DNA of 64,000 nt from Desulfobacterales bacterium (GCA_016931455.1 JAFGES010000095.1:12487-76486); one strand, 5' to 3'. Shown: positions 1 to 10,163, counted from the stretch's first letter. Made by a program: numbers and translations. Notes: generated by a model from the letters alone, not told the origin.

Positions 1-1
1 T

Positions 2-580
2 GTGCTTCGTGCAGGTGCGCTTCCGGCACCGGTTAAAATTCTTGAGGAGCGAACCGTGGGACCTTCTCTGGGGACCGATTCCATACGCAAAGGACTTATC
101 TCTATGTGTGTCGGCGGCATCCTTGTAATCTTGTTTATGTTTATCTATTATAAGTTTTCCGGCCTTATCGCGGACTTTGCACTGATTCTCAATATTATTT
201 TGATAGCTGCGGGATTAGCCGGTCTCCAGGCGACTTTAACGTTACCGGGAATTGCCGGGATTATTCTGACCATCGGAATGGCTGTAGATGCCAATGTACT
301 TATTTTCGAACGTATTAGAGAAGAGATACAGATCGGCAAGACTCCATTTGCCGCGGTGGATGCCGGTTACAGCAGGGCCACACTGACTATTCTTGATGCC
401 AATGTAACAACGTTGATTGCCGCACTGGTCCTATTTCAGTTTGGTACGGGCCCTGTTAAAGGATTTGCTGTAACACTGAGTCTGGGGGTTCTCTCTAGTT
501 TGTTTACAGCACTTATCGTGACACGATTAATATTTGATTTTTTTATGTTAAAACGACGAAATAAAAGTTTAAGCATATAA
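2..580 (+). CDS. secD: Protein translocase subunit SecD, C-terminal part (5' end outside window)
   Basis: ORF is open to the window edge. Translation shows the SecD/SecF membrane domain ([26 protein letters not shown]). secF follows 17 nt downstream. Confidence 0.85.
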   Translation: MLRAGALPAPVKILEERTVGPSLGTDSIRKGLISMCVGGILVILFMFIYYKFSGLIADFALILNIILIAAGLAGLQATLTLPGIAGIILTIGMAVDANVLIFERIREEIQIGKTPFAAVDAGYSRATLTILDANVTTLIAALVLFQFGTGPVKGFAVTLSLGVLSSLFTALIVTRLIFDFFMLKRRNKSLSI

Positions 581-597
581 TTGTGAGAGGCAAATAA

Positions 598-1644
598 ATG
601 CAATTCATAAAACCTGACATAAATATAGATTTTATCGGCAAAAGAATGGTTGCTTTCATGATATCTTCTGTAATGATCCTTATAAGTATCGGTTCCTTGA
701 TTCTCCATAAGGGCCCTCAGTATGGAATCGATTTTGCCGGGGGTACATTGATACAGGTAAGATTTCTTTCGCAGGTGCGCATCGACAAAATAAAAGAGGG
801 TCTTAAAACTGCCGGTCTTGATAATTTTTCCGTGCAAGTTTTCGGGGACCTAAAAAATTTTGAATATCTGATTCGAACCGACAAATCCGTTATGACCGAA
901 GAAGGATTTTCTCATCTAATTGAAGATGCCTTAAAATCGTCAACAGGAGAGGAAGTGGAACTGCGTCGGGTTGAAGTGGTAGGCCCGCAGGTCGGCAAGG
1001 ACCTCAGGGAAAAAGCTTTGTTTGCCATGTTCTATGCTCTACTTTTCATCACAATATATATATCCGGTCGTTTCGAATTGAAGTGGATCCTAAGCGGAGT
1101 TATGGCGGCAGCATTGATGGGAGCCGTTTATTTTCTTTCGCTTTTCAACGTCAGCATTCCCTTTCTGATTACTGCGGCAGTTATCGTAAGCCTGATTCTT
1201 TTTTGGTTTCTTGGACTTAAATATGCAATGGGGGCTATTGTGGCCCTGATTCATGATGTCACGATTACCGTTGGAATCTTTTCTGTTTTTGGAAAAGAAT
1301 TTACCCTTCCGATTATAGCGGCACTGCTTACAATTATCGGCTATTCGCTGAATGATACAATTATTGTCTTTGACCGTATCCGTGAAAATATCAGGAAATA
1401 TCATAAAAACCCGTTGGAAATGATTGTCAATAGAAGCATTAATGAGACCCTGAGCCGTACCATATTAACTTCTTTGACAACACTTATTGTGCTTATAGCA
1501 CTTTTTATCCTGGGAGGCGGAATTATTCATGATTTTGCTTTTGCAATGATTGTCGGGGTATTGATCGGTACTTATTCTTCAATATATGTGGCAAGCCCGA
1601 TACTCGTTGTGTGGCAAAGTAGGTTTAAAAAGAAAAACATATAA
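598..1644 (+). CDS. secF: Protein translocase subunit SecF
   Basis: 348-aa ORF with multiple hydrophobic helices and the motif GYSLNDTIIVFDRIREN. Sits in secD-secF synteny. Confidence 0.85.
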   Translation: MQFIKPDINIDFIGKRMVAFMISSVMILISIGSLILHKGPQYGIDFAGGTLIQVRFLSQVRIDKIKEGLKTAGLDNFSVQVFGDLKNFEYLIRTDKSVMTEEGFSHLIEDALKSSTGEEVELRRVEVVGPQVGKDLREKALFAMFYALLFITIYISGRFELKWILSGVMAAALMGAVYFLSLFNVSIPFLITAAVIVSLILFWFLGLKYAMGAIVALIHDVTITVGIFSVFGKEFTLPIIAALLTIIGYSLNDTIIVFDRIRENIRKYHKNPLEMIVNRSINETLSRTILTSLTTLIVLIALFILGGGIIHDFAFAMIVGVLIGTYSSIYVASPILVVWQSRFKKKNI

Positions 1645-1689
1645 AGAGAATTTGGAATCGCACTTACACTTTGAAAATTTAAGATCGAA

Positions 1690-2334
1690 ATGTTTATAAA
1701 ATTTATCACAGCAATACTTATAGCTGTTTTTCTGCCTGCATGCGCAGTGAAACAAACAAAACCGGATTTTGATATTTCTATCTTGCAAAAGCAGATCGAT
1801 GAAGTTGATCAAAAAGTTGAAGATCTTCTTAAGACAGTATCTGTTATTCAAACTAGAGCGGATGAGCAGGAAAGGATTATTAATGATTTAAAAAATGGGA
1901 TGAAAAATGAAAATGAAAAAGATCTATCACCATCTGATTCTTCTCCTTTATTGAAATCGGCTGAAGAATTGTACAATCAGGCTTTTGTGTTTTATAAAGA
2001 CAAAAGTTATGAAGAAGCACATTCGCTTTTTATTTCAATCAGTAGTAATTATCCGAAACACAAGTTGGCTGATAACGCCCTTTATTGGGCCGGTGAATGC
2101 CTGTATGATCAAAAAAAATTTTCTGATGCCTTATTTTTTTTCGAGAAGGTGATAAAAGACTATCCGGAAAGCGATAAGGTGGCTGATTCACTTTTAAAGA
2201 TTGGATACACCTATATGGCATTAGGAGATCCCGCTAGTGCACGTATTTATTTAATAAAAGTGGTCAGGAATCATCCGTTTAGTCCGAGTGGAGCGAAGGC
2301 TGAGGAAAAATTGAAGAATATGAAAATGGATTAG
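1690..2334 (+). CDS. YbgF/CpoB-like TPR lipoprotein (Tol-Pal associated family)
   Basis: Signal peptide with lipobox-like LPAC, then a coiled-coil N-terminal half. C-terminal TPR-like region (YWAGECLYDQKKFSDALFFFEKVIKDYPESDKVADSLLKIG) is typical of YbgF. Confidence 0.6.
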   Translation: MFIKFITAILIAVFLPACAVKQTKPDFDISILQKQIDEVDQKVEDLLKTVSVIQTRADEQERIINDLKNGMKNENEKDLSPSDSSPLLKSAEELYNQAFVFYKDKSYEEAHSLFISISSNYPKHKLADNALYWAGECLYDQKKFSDALFFFEKVIKDYPESDKVADSLLKIGYTYMALGDPASARIYLIKVVRNHPFSPSGAKAEEKLKNMKMD

Positions 2335-2388
2335 TTGGATTATTTTGCTTTTGTTAAGCAAATTAGGTTTTTAAAATTATTTTTGTGC

Positions 2389-3504
2389 ATGGAAAAAATT
2401 CTACCTTGGTTTATATTAAAAAGTGTTCCCGGAATAGGGAATCTTCTTTTCAAGCGCCTTCTTGATCGCTTCAAATCGCCGCAATCCGTTCTAGAGGCTT
2501 CACATAAAGATCTTCTTCAAGTTGATGGTATTTCTCAACGATTGGCAGTAGCGATTCGACAGCACAAAATTACTGAAGGAGTTGAAAAAGACCTGGACCG
2601 AGTGATGCAAAAAGGTTATCAAATAGTAACCTTATCGGATGCTGATTATCCGCCCCTTTTGCTTCAAATATTCGATCCACCCCCATTTTTATATGTTTAT
2701 GGAAATTTGCCCCGATCCATAAAAAATATAGCGGTGGTGGGATCCAGAAATGCGACAAACTATGGAATATCGACAACTAAGCGGCTTTGTAATGAGCTGG
2801 CTTCCTATGAAATTACGGTTGTCAGTGGTATGGCCCGAGGCGTCGATACAGCTGCTCATATAGGTGCGATAACCGGTGAAGGAAAAACGATTGCCGTGCT
2901 TGGGAGTGGTCTTGCAAAGATATATCCACCTGAGAACACAAAGCTTTTTTATAAGATTGCCGAAGAAGGAGCTGTTATTTCTGAATTTCCGGTCATGGCG
3001 GAGCCGGAAGCTCATAATTTTCCAATACGAAACAGAATTATTAGTGGAATTTGCCTCGGCACCGTTATTGTCGAAGCAACCCGAAAGAGCGGTTCGCTCA
3101 TTACTGCTCGCCTTGCTACCGATCAGGGCAGGGAGGTATTTGCCGTGCCGGGTAGTATCCATTCAATTAAAAGTACAGGAACACACGGTCTGATAAAGGA
3201 AGGGGCAAAACTGGTTGAAAATGTGCAGGATATTATAGAAGAAATCTCACATGTCATCAAAAATAATGTTCCAAATGAAAATATAAAAAAACATAACCTA
3301 TTGGATAAACTGCCGCAGTTGTCAGATGAGGAATGGCAGGTCGTGAAAGCACTCGGGATATATCCGGTTCATATCGACGATATAGGACGCAATCTCGGTA
3401 TTGAACCCGGTAGACTTTCAAGCATATTGCTTCGACTTGAATTAAAAAAAATTGTACAGCAATCACCGGGTAATCTGTTTAGTATCGTGGAAAGAATCTC
3501 ATAA
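2389..3504 (+). CDS. dprA: DNA processing protein DprA
   Basis: Rossmann-like DprA core (VVGSRNATNYG, VVSGMARGVDTAAH, GSLITARLATDQGREVFAVPG). I prefer the ATG at 2389 over the TTG at 2335 given in the ORF track. dprA-topA synteny. Confidence 0.85.
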   Translation: MEKILPWFILKSVPGIGNLLFKRLLDRFKSPQSVLEASHKDLLQVDGISQRLAVAIRQHKITEGVEKDLDRVMQKGYQIVTLSDADYPPLLLQIFDPPPFLYVYGNLPRSIKNIAVVGSRNATNYGISTTKRLCNELASYEITVVSGMARGVDTAAHIGAITGEGKTIAVLGSGLAKIYPPENTKLFYKIAEEGAVISEFPVMAEPEAHNFPIRNRIISGICLGTVIVEATRKSGSLITARLATDQGREVFAVPGSIHSIKSTGTHGLIKEGAKLVENVQDIIEEISHVIKNNVPNENIKKHNLLDKLPQLSDEEWQVVKALGIYPVHIDDIGRNLGIEPGRLSSILLRLELKKIVQQSPGNLFSIVERIS

Positions 3505-3573
3505 TTACAATGAATAATTTTTGAATCAGTCATTTTTGAAAAGAACGATTAAAATATAGGTAAAGATGTAAAT

Positions 3574-5850
3574 ATGGTGGAAAAACCACTTGTTGTTGTC
3601 GAATCACCGACTAAGGTTAAGACGATTAAAAAATATCTGGGCAGAGATTATAATGTAGCGGCAACTGTCGGTCATATAAAAGATCTACCTACAAAAGAAA
3701 TGGGTATTGATGTCGAGGGAGGTTTTAAACCTCAGTATGAAAACATCCCAGGTAAACAGAAAGTTATATCGGCTTTAAAAAAAGCTGCGGGCAATGCTCT
3801 TGAGATTTACCTTGCTCCTGACCCTGATCGCGAAGGTGAAGCAATTGCATGGCATACCGCAGAGGTTTTGAAAAAAAAAGGGAGAAGATTCCACCGAGTC
3901 CTTTTTCATGAACTCACGGAAAAAGCCATTAATGAAGCAATTATTGCCCCGTTGACTCTCGACCGGCATAAATATGAAGCTCAGCAGGCGCGTAGAATTC
4001 TGGATAGACTGGTAGGATACCAAATATCTCCTTTGCTGTGGCGCAAAGTAAAACGCGGTCTTAGCGCAGGGCGAGTACAATCTGTTGCCGTAAGGATCAT
4101 CTGTGAACGAGAACGGGCCATACAGGCATTTGAGCCGGAGGAATACTGGTCCATAACCGCTTATCTGGAAAGTGATTCTCCTCCCCCATTTACAGCAAAA
4201 TTGGCGAAAAAGAACGGGAAAAAGATTAAGATTCCCGATCAAAATAGCGTTGATGCTATTTTAAATGAGTTGTTGAAAAATGACTTGGTAGTTGAAAAAG
4301 TCATTAAAAAAACGATAAGAAGAAACCCTTTACCTCCTTTTACGACAAGTAAACTTCAGCAGGAGGCAATTCGGAAATTAAAATTTTCCGCTAAAAAGAC
4401 AATGATTGTGGCTCAACAGCTTTATGAAGGCATTGAATTGGGACCGGGTGGACCCGTTGGCCTTATTACTTATATGCGGACGGATTCCACACGAATTGCA
4501 AATGAAGCGGCGGAAGAGGCTTATCGATTGATTCAAGAACATTTCGGGCAGAACTATGCGCTCGAAAAACCAAGATTCTTCAAAAACCGCAAAAAGGTCC
4601 AAGATGCGCATGAAGCTATTCGACCAACATCGGTGTTTAATACTCCTGAAAAGGTTGCACCTTATCTTGCCAAGGAACAGTTGAATTTATATCGTCTCAT
4701 TTGGCAGCGGTTTGTTGCATCTCAGATGGCTCAAGCCTTAATTGATCAGGTTGTAGTATCAATCAAGGCAGGGGCTTATTTATTCAATGCTAGCGGATCA
4801 TCTCTCAAATTTCCTGGTTTTATGAGGCTTTACCTATCTGCCGATCAAGAAATTGAAAGTGAAAATAGAAAAGACAATCTTCCTGAACTTTCGATAGGCA
4901 TGCAGCTAAAACTTAATCGTTATGAACCGAAACAACATTTTACCACCCCACCCCCCAGATTTTCAGAGGCATCCTTGGTAAAAGAGCTGGAAGAAAATGG
5001 AATCGGCCGTCCTAGTACATATGCCGCCATCCTATCGAATATTAGGGGAAAAGGTTATGTGGATCTTATAAAAGGATATTTTAGACCGAGTGAGCTGGGA
5101 TTTATTGTTAACGATCTGTTGGTAAAGAATTTTCCGGATATACTTGATGTTGATTTTACTTCAAAGATGGAGGATGATTTAGATCGTCTAGAGTCCGGCG
5201 ATATTGATTCTTTAAATGTTATCAGCCGATTGTATAATCCTTTTAAAAAAGAATTAGACGCTGCATCAGAAGGCATGTTAAGCATAAAGGGTGTAGGCTT
5301 CCCGACAGATCTTGTATGCCCGGTATGTAATGGGCGGCTTCATATTAAAGTGGGTAAAAATGGACCCTTTCTCGCATGCAACGGCTATCCGGAATGTACC
5401 TACACACGCGATTATATCCGTGATGAAAAAGGCAATGTTCAACCGATCGAATCATCTTATGATGAAATTTCAGACCATAATTGTACAAAATGCGGTCGGC
5501 CGATGGTTATTAAGCAGGGAAGATATGGCGCCTTTCTAGCTTGTAGCGGTTATCCGGACTGCAAGAATACTCAATCACTCAATTTAAATGAAACGTCTCA
5601 GGAAACTGGTGTAGATTGCCCCGAGGAAAGTTGTGGCGGTAAATTGGTTCAAAAAAAATCCAAGCGAGGAAAAATATTTTATGGGTGTAGCCGGTTCCCG
5701 GATTGTAAATTTGCAGTTTGGGATAAGCCGGTCCCAAAAGAATGCCCCATTTGTGGGGCTAAATTCCTCGTAGAAAAAAAGACCAAAAAGGACGGCACAG
5801 TTATAACCTGCTTGACAAAAGAATGTGGATTTAGAGAAATCCCAGATTAA
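3574..5850 (+). CDS. topA: DNA topoisomerase I with C-terminal Zn-ribbon repeats
   Basis: Toprim N-terminus (LVVVESPTKVKTIKKYLG), active-site region (GLITYMRTDS) and four CxxC...C C-terminal zinc-finger repeats. Confidence 0.95.
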   Translation: MVEKPLVVVESPTKVKTIKKYLGRDYNVAATVGHIKDLPTKEMGIDVEGGFKPQYENIPGKQKVISALKKAAGNALEIYLAPDPDREGEAIAWHTAEVLKKKGRRFHRVLFHELTEKAINEAIIAPLTLDRHKYEAQQARRILDRLVGYQISPLLWRKVKRGLSAGRVQSVAVRIICERERAIQAFEPEEYWSITAYLESDSPPPFTAKLAKKNGKKIKIPDQNSVDAILNELLKNDLVVEKVIKKTIRRNPLPPFTTSKLQQEAIRKLKFSAKKTMIVAQQLYEGIELGPGGPVGLITYMRTDSTRIANEAAEEAYRLIQEHFGQNYALEKPRFFKNRKKVQDAHEAIRPTSVFNTPEKVAPYLAKEQLNLYRLIWQRFVASQMAQALIDQVVVSIKAGAYLFNASGSSLKFPGFMRLYLSADQEIESENRKDNLPELSIGMQLKLNRYEPKQHFTTPPPRFSEASLVKELEENGIGRPSTYAAILSNIRGKGYVDLIKGYFRPSELGFIVNDLLVKNFPDILDVDFTSKMEDDLDRLESGDIDSLNVISRLYNPFKKELDAASEGMLSIKGVGFPTDLVCPVCNGRLHIKVGKNGPFLACNGYPECTYTRDYIRDEKGNVQPIESSYDEISDHNCTKCGRPMVIKQGRYGAFLACSGYPDCKNTQSLNLNETSQETGVDCPEESCGGKLVQKKSKRGKIFYGCSRFPDCKFAVWDKPVPKECPICGAKFLVEKKTKKDGTVITCLTKECGFREIPD

Positions 5851-5863
5851 GATACTTAATCAA

Positions 5864-6946
5864 TCAATCCGGATGAATTTCGTTTACGATTTTTTCAATC
5901 AATTCATAAACTTCTATTTTGATGTGGTCCACGTCCTCATCTTGAAGATTCAAAAATTCCATTGTTTTTTTGTCTATTTGATTCTGTAAGGTATCATCGA
6001 TGTTTGCTCCTATACCAGTCATTATGGCGATTGAATTAGCCATGTTCAGGATATATGACAATTCATTTTCTTGTGATAAGCATGGCTCATGGTGATATTT
6101 TATAGCAATTGATAATGATTCAGGTATATTCCATTTCATGCAGAACTCGGATGCGATCTCTGCGTGATCAAACCCCAATATTTTTTTTTCAGCACTTTGC
6201 AACGTCTTTTGATGATTTTTAATCTGTTCATGAAACACTTCCTTATTTTCGAACAGATACGGGTCGAGAATGATTTTGCCTGCATCATGAAAGAGTCCAG
6301 CTGAAAAGGCGTCGTTTGCTAATTTAGGATTTCTTCTGCCGGCAATGATTTTGGAACCATAGGCCACAGCTAATGAATGACGCCAAAGATCTCCTGCTCC
6401 CATGCCGTATCCCTTCAATTTTTTGCCTAGGAAGTTTGAAGTACCAGCCAAAGTGATAATTTCTCCTAATTTTTCATGCCCAAGCACAACAGCGGCATGT
6501 TGAATGGAAGAGACCATTCCGCTCAGACCATAATATGCTGAATTCGCAAGTTTCAAAACCCTGGCGGCAATGGCCTGATCGGTTTCAAGGACGCTTCCTA
6601 TCTCTTTAAAGCTTGAATGGGATCGTGCCATGACCTCCCTAGCTTTAGATAAAATTTGAGGCATAGGAGGTAAATCGGTTAAGGTTTTTAAGATTTCCTT
6701 TTTTAAACTATCTCCGTGTATTTTTTTTTCGTTGGATGGTAAAGATGGGTTGGTTTCCTCATCCTTCATTTTTTCAGAAGTATGTGAATGGGAAGAGGTA
6801 TCATCCTCAGGTTCTGACTTTGATCGGAGATCAAGACAGATCCGGCCTTTGCAGGCTGGGCAAGGAAAGGAAATTTTTTTTCCTTTTGGGATTCGTTCGT
6901 CCGGTATGTTATACAATTTACTGCAATTTTGGCATTCTACGCGCAT
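5864..6946 (-). CDS. HDOD-domain protein with N-terminal zinc ribbon
   Basis: N-terminus has CxxC...CPxC (MRVECQNCSKLY...FPCPACKG), then a Ser/Glu-rich linker. HDOD-like region follows (AARVLKLANSAYYGLSGMVSSIQHAAVVLG ... FHDAGK). Last gene on the che-operon strand. Confidence 0.75.
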   Translation of the reverse strand: MRVECQNCSKLYNIPDERIPKGKKISFPCPACKGRICLDLRSKSEPEDDTSSHSHTSEKMKDEETNPSLPSNEKKIHGDSLKKEILKTLTDLPPMPQILSKAREVMARSHSSFKEIGSVLETDQAIAARVLKLANSAYYGLSGMVSSIQHAAVVLGHEKLGEIITLAGTSNFLGKKLKGYGMGAGDLWRHSLAVAYGSKIIAGRRNPKLANDAFSAGLFHDAGKIILDPYLFENKEVFHEQIKNHQKTLQSAEKKILGFDHAEIASEFCMKWNIPESLSIAIKYHHEPCLSQENELSYILNMANSIAIMTGIGANIDDTLQNQIDKKTMEFLNLQDEDVDHIKIEVYELIEKIVNEIHPD

Positions 6947-7082
6947 TGTGAAATTCTCTTTTTATTCATTTTTAATTGAAATTTGATTCATTAAATAGCA
7001 CATCGACACGTTCGAGCGATTATGTCCAAACCGGAAAGTAAAAATGTTTTTACTTAAAAGATTTGAGAGGCTGAGTTAATCG

Positions 7083-9260
7083 CTAATAATTTTTTTGTAG
7101 AATTTCAAATAAACCGGCTATGTCCAGTATCAGACCGACCTTGCCATCGCCCAAGATAGCACCGCCGGCCATACCTTTTATGTTTTTAAGGGCTTCCCCT
7201 AAGCTTTTGATCACGACTTCTTCCTGTCCTAGCAATTCATCCAAAAGCAGACCTCTTTTTTCATTTTTGTTCTCTACCACGACTACAAGACCGTCCCAAG
7301 GGTTTTTAGAGTCTCCCTGCACACCAAACATGCGATCCAGACGAATCAGCGGCGTCAAATCTCCCCTGACCATCACCATTTCGCCTTTACCTTTTATGGT
7401 ATAATAATCGTGCTTCCGAGGCTTAAATGATTCAAGAATTGCCATTGTCGGTAAAATATATCTTTGCGTTCCGACTCTTACGATCATCCCTTCAATAATG
7501 GCAAGGGTCAGTGGCAAACTGATGACAACCGTTGAACCCTGCCCAGGTGCTGAACGAATATCCAGGCGCCCGCGCAACTTTTCAATTCCCTTTTTGACAA
7601 CATCCATTCCTACACCCCGGCCGGAGACTGCAGTAATTTTTGCCGCCGTTGAAAATCCGGGATGAAAAATCAGATCATAAATTTCGGCTTCTGATAATTT
7701 TGCATCTTTGCTAATCAAATGGATTGCAATCGCCTTCTCAAGAATTCTCTCTTTATTTAGCCCCCTGCCATCATCTTCGATTTCTATGACGATATTACCG
7801 CCTTTATGATAAGCACGCAGCCGGATAATACCTTTTGCCTCTTTTTCCGCCTTTAACCGTTCTTGGGGAAGTTCAATTCCGTGATCAACGGCATTTCGAA
7901 TCATATGAACCAACGGTTCATAAAGTTCCTCGACCACATTTCTGTCGATTTCCGTATCTTCCCCAACCATTTCTAGTCCCACTTCTTTACCGGAGTTTCG
8001 GGCAAGATCCCGTACTAGCCGAACCATCTTATGAAAAGTGCTCTTGATGGGAACCATCCGCATAGACATGGCGATCTTCTGAAGCCCTGATACAATCTGA
8101 GTCAGTTGATTTAAATTCTGGTAAAGCTGTTGATCATTTAATGACTTAATCAAATTATTTTGCCTTAGCATTGCTTGAGATATGACCAGTTCACCGGTCA
8201 GGTCCACCAGGTTGTCCAGTTTGGCGGTATCCACTTTGACCTGGCGCTCCAAGAGACGCTGGTTTCCTTTTTGATCCCGCAATGCGGATATAACTTCCTT
8301 GGGCTTTGCTTTCTTTTTTTCAATCAGGATTTCACCGATTTTTTTATCGGGCATCGTTTCCTGTTTTTTTAACACTTGATTAAGCTCTTCTTCCTTGAGC
8401 GTACCTTTTCCAACCAGAATTTCACCCAACCGTTTTCCTGCTTTGTCGGCATGCCGAATCGTCGCTTCTATTTTGTTAATCAGCGGCTCAATGTCGCTGT
8501 TTTTCTCTAGTTCTTTCTCACCGGATGCCAATGCTTTCTCGACCCCGTGAATAAGCTGTTTAAGCGTATCGACCGATTCAAGAACGATATCAATGACGGC
8601 ATTCGTGATTCTGCATTCGCCTTGGCGAGCACTGTCAAGTAGATTCTCAGTGCTATGAGCCAGCCGGTTGATGTGGTTCAAATTTAGGAAACCCGATACC
8701 CCTTTGATGGTATGAAAGGGACGGAAAATGGCATTAATGGTTTCTTGGTCATCAGGATCCTGTTCAAGATTGATCAGGTGAATTTCAATTTGTTCTAGAT
8801 TTTCAAGTGCTTCGATGACAAAATCCTTCAGGATTTGAATGTCTTCCTGTGTCCATTCATCTTTTGCCGGCTGTTGGATAGCCCTTTCCGTTTGGTTTGG
8901 TGCGGATTTTCCTGCTTCTTCATTCTGAAAAAACCCCAGCCGTTTTAAAATGTGAGTCGTATCGAAGCTGTACGTTTCATTATTATTTATAGCACGCCAA
9001 ATAGTTTGTAGTGTAGTAATGCCGTCTTCAAGCGGACCCATATCACCTGTTTCCGCTAAAATAATTTTTTCCAGATATACCTTTTGGCTGTGGGTAATAT
9101 TTAAAAATGTTTGGTCTTCCAAGCGTTCGGCTTTTTCTTCAAGGGCTGAGAATGCGTTGAGCATTTCCCCCATGGCCGGAATATCTCCCGGTTCCAATGT
9201 AACCACCTGCAAGGCAAGCTTTTCCAGGTCTACTTTAATTTGTTCCATCATACCTTCCAC
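7083..9260 (-). CDS. cheA: Chemotaxis histidine kinase CheA (module 1)
   Basis: Hpt motif (FHTIKGVSGF), P3 dimerisation region, HATPase (NAVDHGIE, DDGRGL, GRGVGMDVV) and a C-terminal CheW-like domain. Carries a roughly 150-aa N-terminal extension before the Hpt. Confidence 0.95.
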   Translation of the reverse strand: MEGMMEQIKVDLEKLALQVVTLEPGDIPAMGEMLNAFSALEEKAERLEDQTFLNITHSQKVYLEKIILAETGDMGPLEDGITTLQTIWRAINNNETYSFDTTHILKRLGFFQNEEAGKSAPNQTERAIQQPAKDEWTQEDIQILKDFVIEALENLEQIEIHLINLEQDPDDQETINAIFRPFHTIKGVSGFLNLNHINRLAHSTENLLDSARQGECRITNAVIDIVLESVDTLKQLIHGVEKALASGEKELEKNSDIEPLINKIEATIRHADKAGKRLGEILVGKGTLKEEELNQVLKKQETMPDKKIGEILIEKKKAKPKEVISALRDQKGNQRLLERQVKVDTAKLDNLVDLTGELVISQAMLRQNNLIKSLNDQQLYQNLNQLTQIVSGLQKIAMSMRMVPIKSTFHKMVRLVRDLARNSGKEVGLEMVGEDTEIDRNVVEELYEPLVHMIRNAVDHGIELPQERLKAEKEAKGIIRLRAYHKGGNIVIEIEDDGRGLNKERILEKAIAIHLISKDAKLSEAEIYDLIFHPGFSTAAKITAVSGRGVGMDVVKKGIEKLRGRLDIRSAPGQGSTVVISLPLTLAIIEGMIVRVGTQRYILPTMAILESFKPRKHDYYTIKGKGEMVMVRGDLTPLIRLDRMFGVQGDSKNPWDGLVVVVENKNEKRGLLLDELLGQEEVVIKSLGEALKNIKGMAGGAILGDGKVGLILDIAGLFEILQKNY

Positions 9261-9281
9261 CTTATGGTGCCACGGCTTTAA

Positions 9282-9665
9282 TTAATGCAAAATTTTTTCT
9301 AATTTTTCAGATATTGCCTCAGCAGTGAATGGTTTTACCACGTAATTTGATACGCCTGCCTGGACAGCTTCAATTACATTCTGTTTTTGAGCCTCAGCGG
9401 TAACCATCAGAAACGGAATACTCTTTAAATCGTTGTTACTGCGAACAGCTTTAAGCAATTCAATGCCGGGCATATTGGGCATATTCCAATCCGAAATGAT
9501 TAAATCGAATTTTTTCTTCTTAAGTTCACTCATCGCTGTTGTTCCGTCATCAGCCTCAATTATATTCGTAAAACCGATTTGTTTTAAGATATTCTTCATT
9601 ATTCGGCGCATTGTTGCAAAATCGTCTACAACCAAGATATTAATGGACAGATCCATATGTGCCAT
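9282..9665 (-). CDS. cheY: Chemotaxis response regulator CheY
   Basis: Single receiver domain with VVDDF, ISDWNMP, MVTAE and VVKPF (the acidic pocket, T and K residues are all present). Confidence 0.9.
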   Translation of the reverse strand: MAHMDLSINILVVDDFATMRRIMKNILKQIGFTNIIEADDGTTAMSELKKKKFDLIISDWNMPNMPGIELLKAVRSNNDLKSIPFLMVTAEAQKQNVIEAVQAGVSNYVVKPFTAEAISEKLEKILH

Positions 9666-9701
9666 CCTTATTTTATATAGTGATGAATTTGCAAAAATAA
9701 A

Positions 9702-10163
9702 TTAATTTTCTAAACAAACTTCAATTGTAAAATTGCCCTCATCAATAGAAAAAGGAATTGCAATCTGAGGCCCTTTTGCAATATGAGCAATGCCATGATT
9801 TTTGCCGGTTATTACAGAGGGAATGGCTGCTTCAAATATCTTGCCGGATTCTGCCAGTTCTCTTCTGGCTTGACCAGATATCATATTGGTTAATTCACCA
9901 ACGGCATCAGCCACCTCACCATTTAACTCTTTCATTTCCTCCCCAAACATATTGGAAACAATTTTTAAAATACTGTTTTCATCAAAGGTGACGGAAATAG
10001 TCCCGTTTGTTTGACCCGTAATCCCAATAACACCTGTCACATCTCCTTTTGCAATATTGTCCTTTTTTAAATAAGGCGTACCTGCTTTGGATTTTACAAA
10101 AGCCATGGTTTCGAGAACATTCACAGTTGCATTGATAAAAGGATTAATCAGCATTGCATCCAT
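9702..10163 (-). CDS. cheX: CheX/CheC-family CheY-P phosphatase
   Basis: CheC/CheX-like sequence with GELTNMISGQA. The ATG at 10163 is preceded by AGGAGG 8 nt upstream, so I prefer it to the ORF-track start at 10223. Confidence 0.7.
   Translation of the reverse strand: MDAMLINPFINATVNVLETMAFVKSKAGTPYLKKDNIAKGDVTGVIGITGQTNGTISVTFDENSILKIVSNMFGEEMKELNGEVADAVGELTNMISGQARRELAESGKIFEAAIPSVITGKNHGIAHIAKGPQIAIPFSIDEGNFTIEVCLEN

Noticed and set aside
6732-6986. Two overlapping plus-strand ORFs (84 and 71 aa) at the 5' end of the HDOD gene.
   Set aside because: They are antisense to the zinc-ribbon/linker coding region. They have no SD and no recognisable fold.
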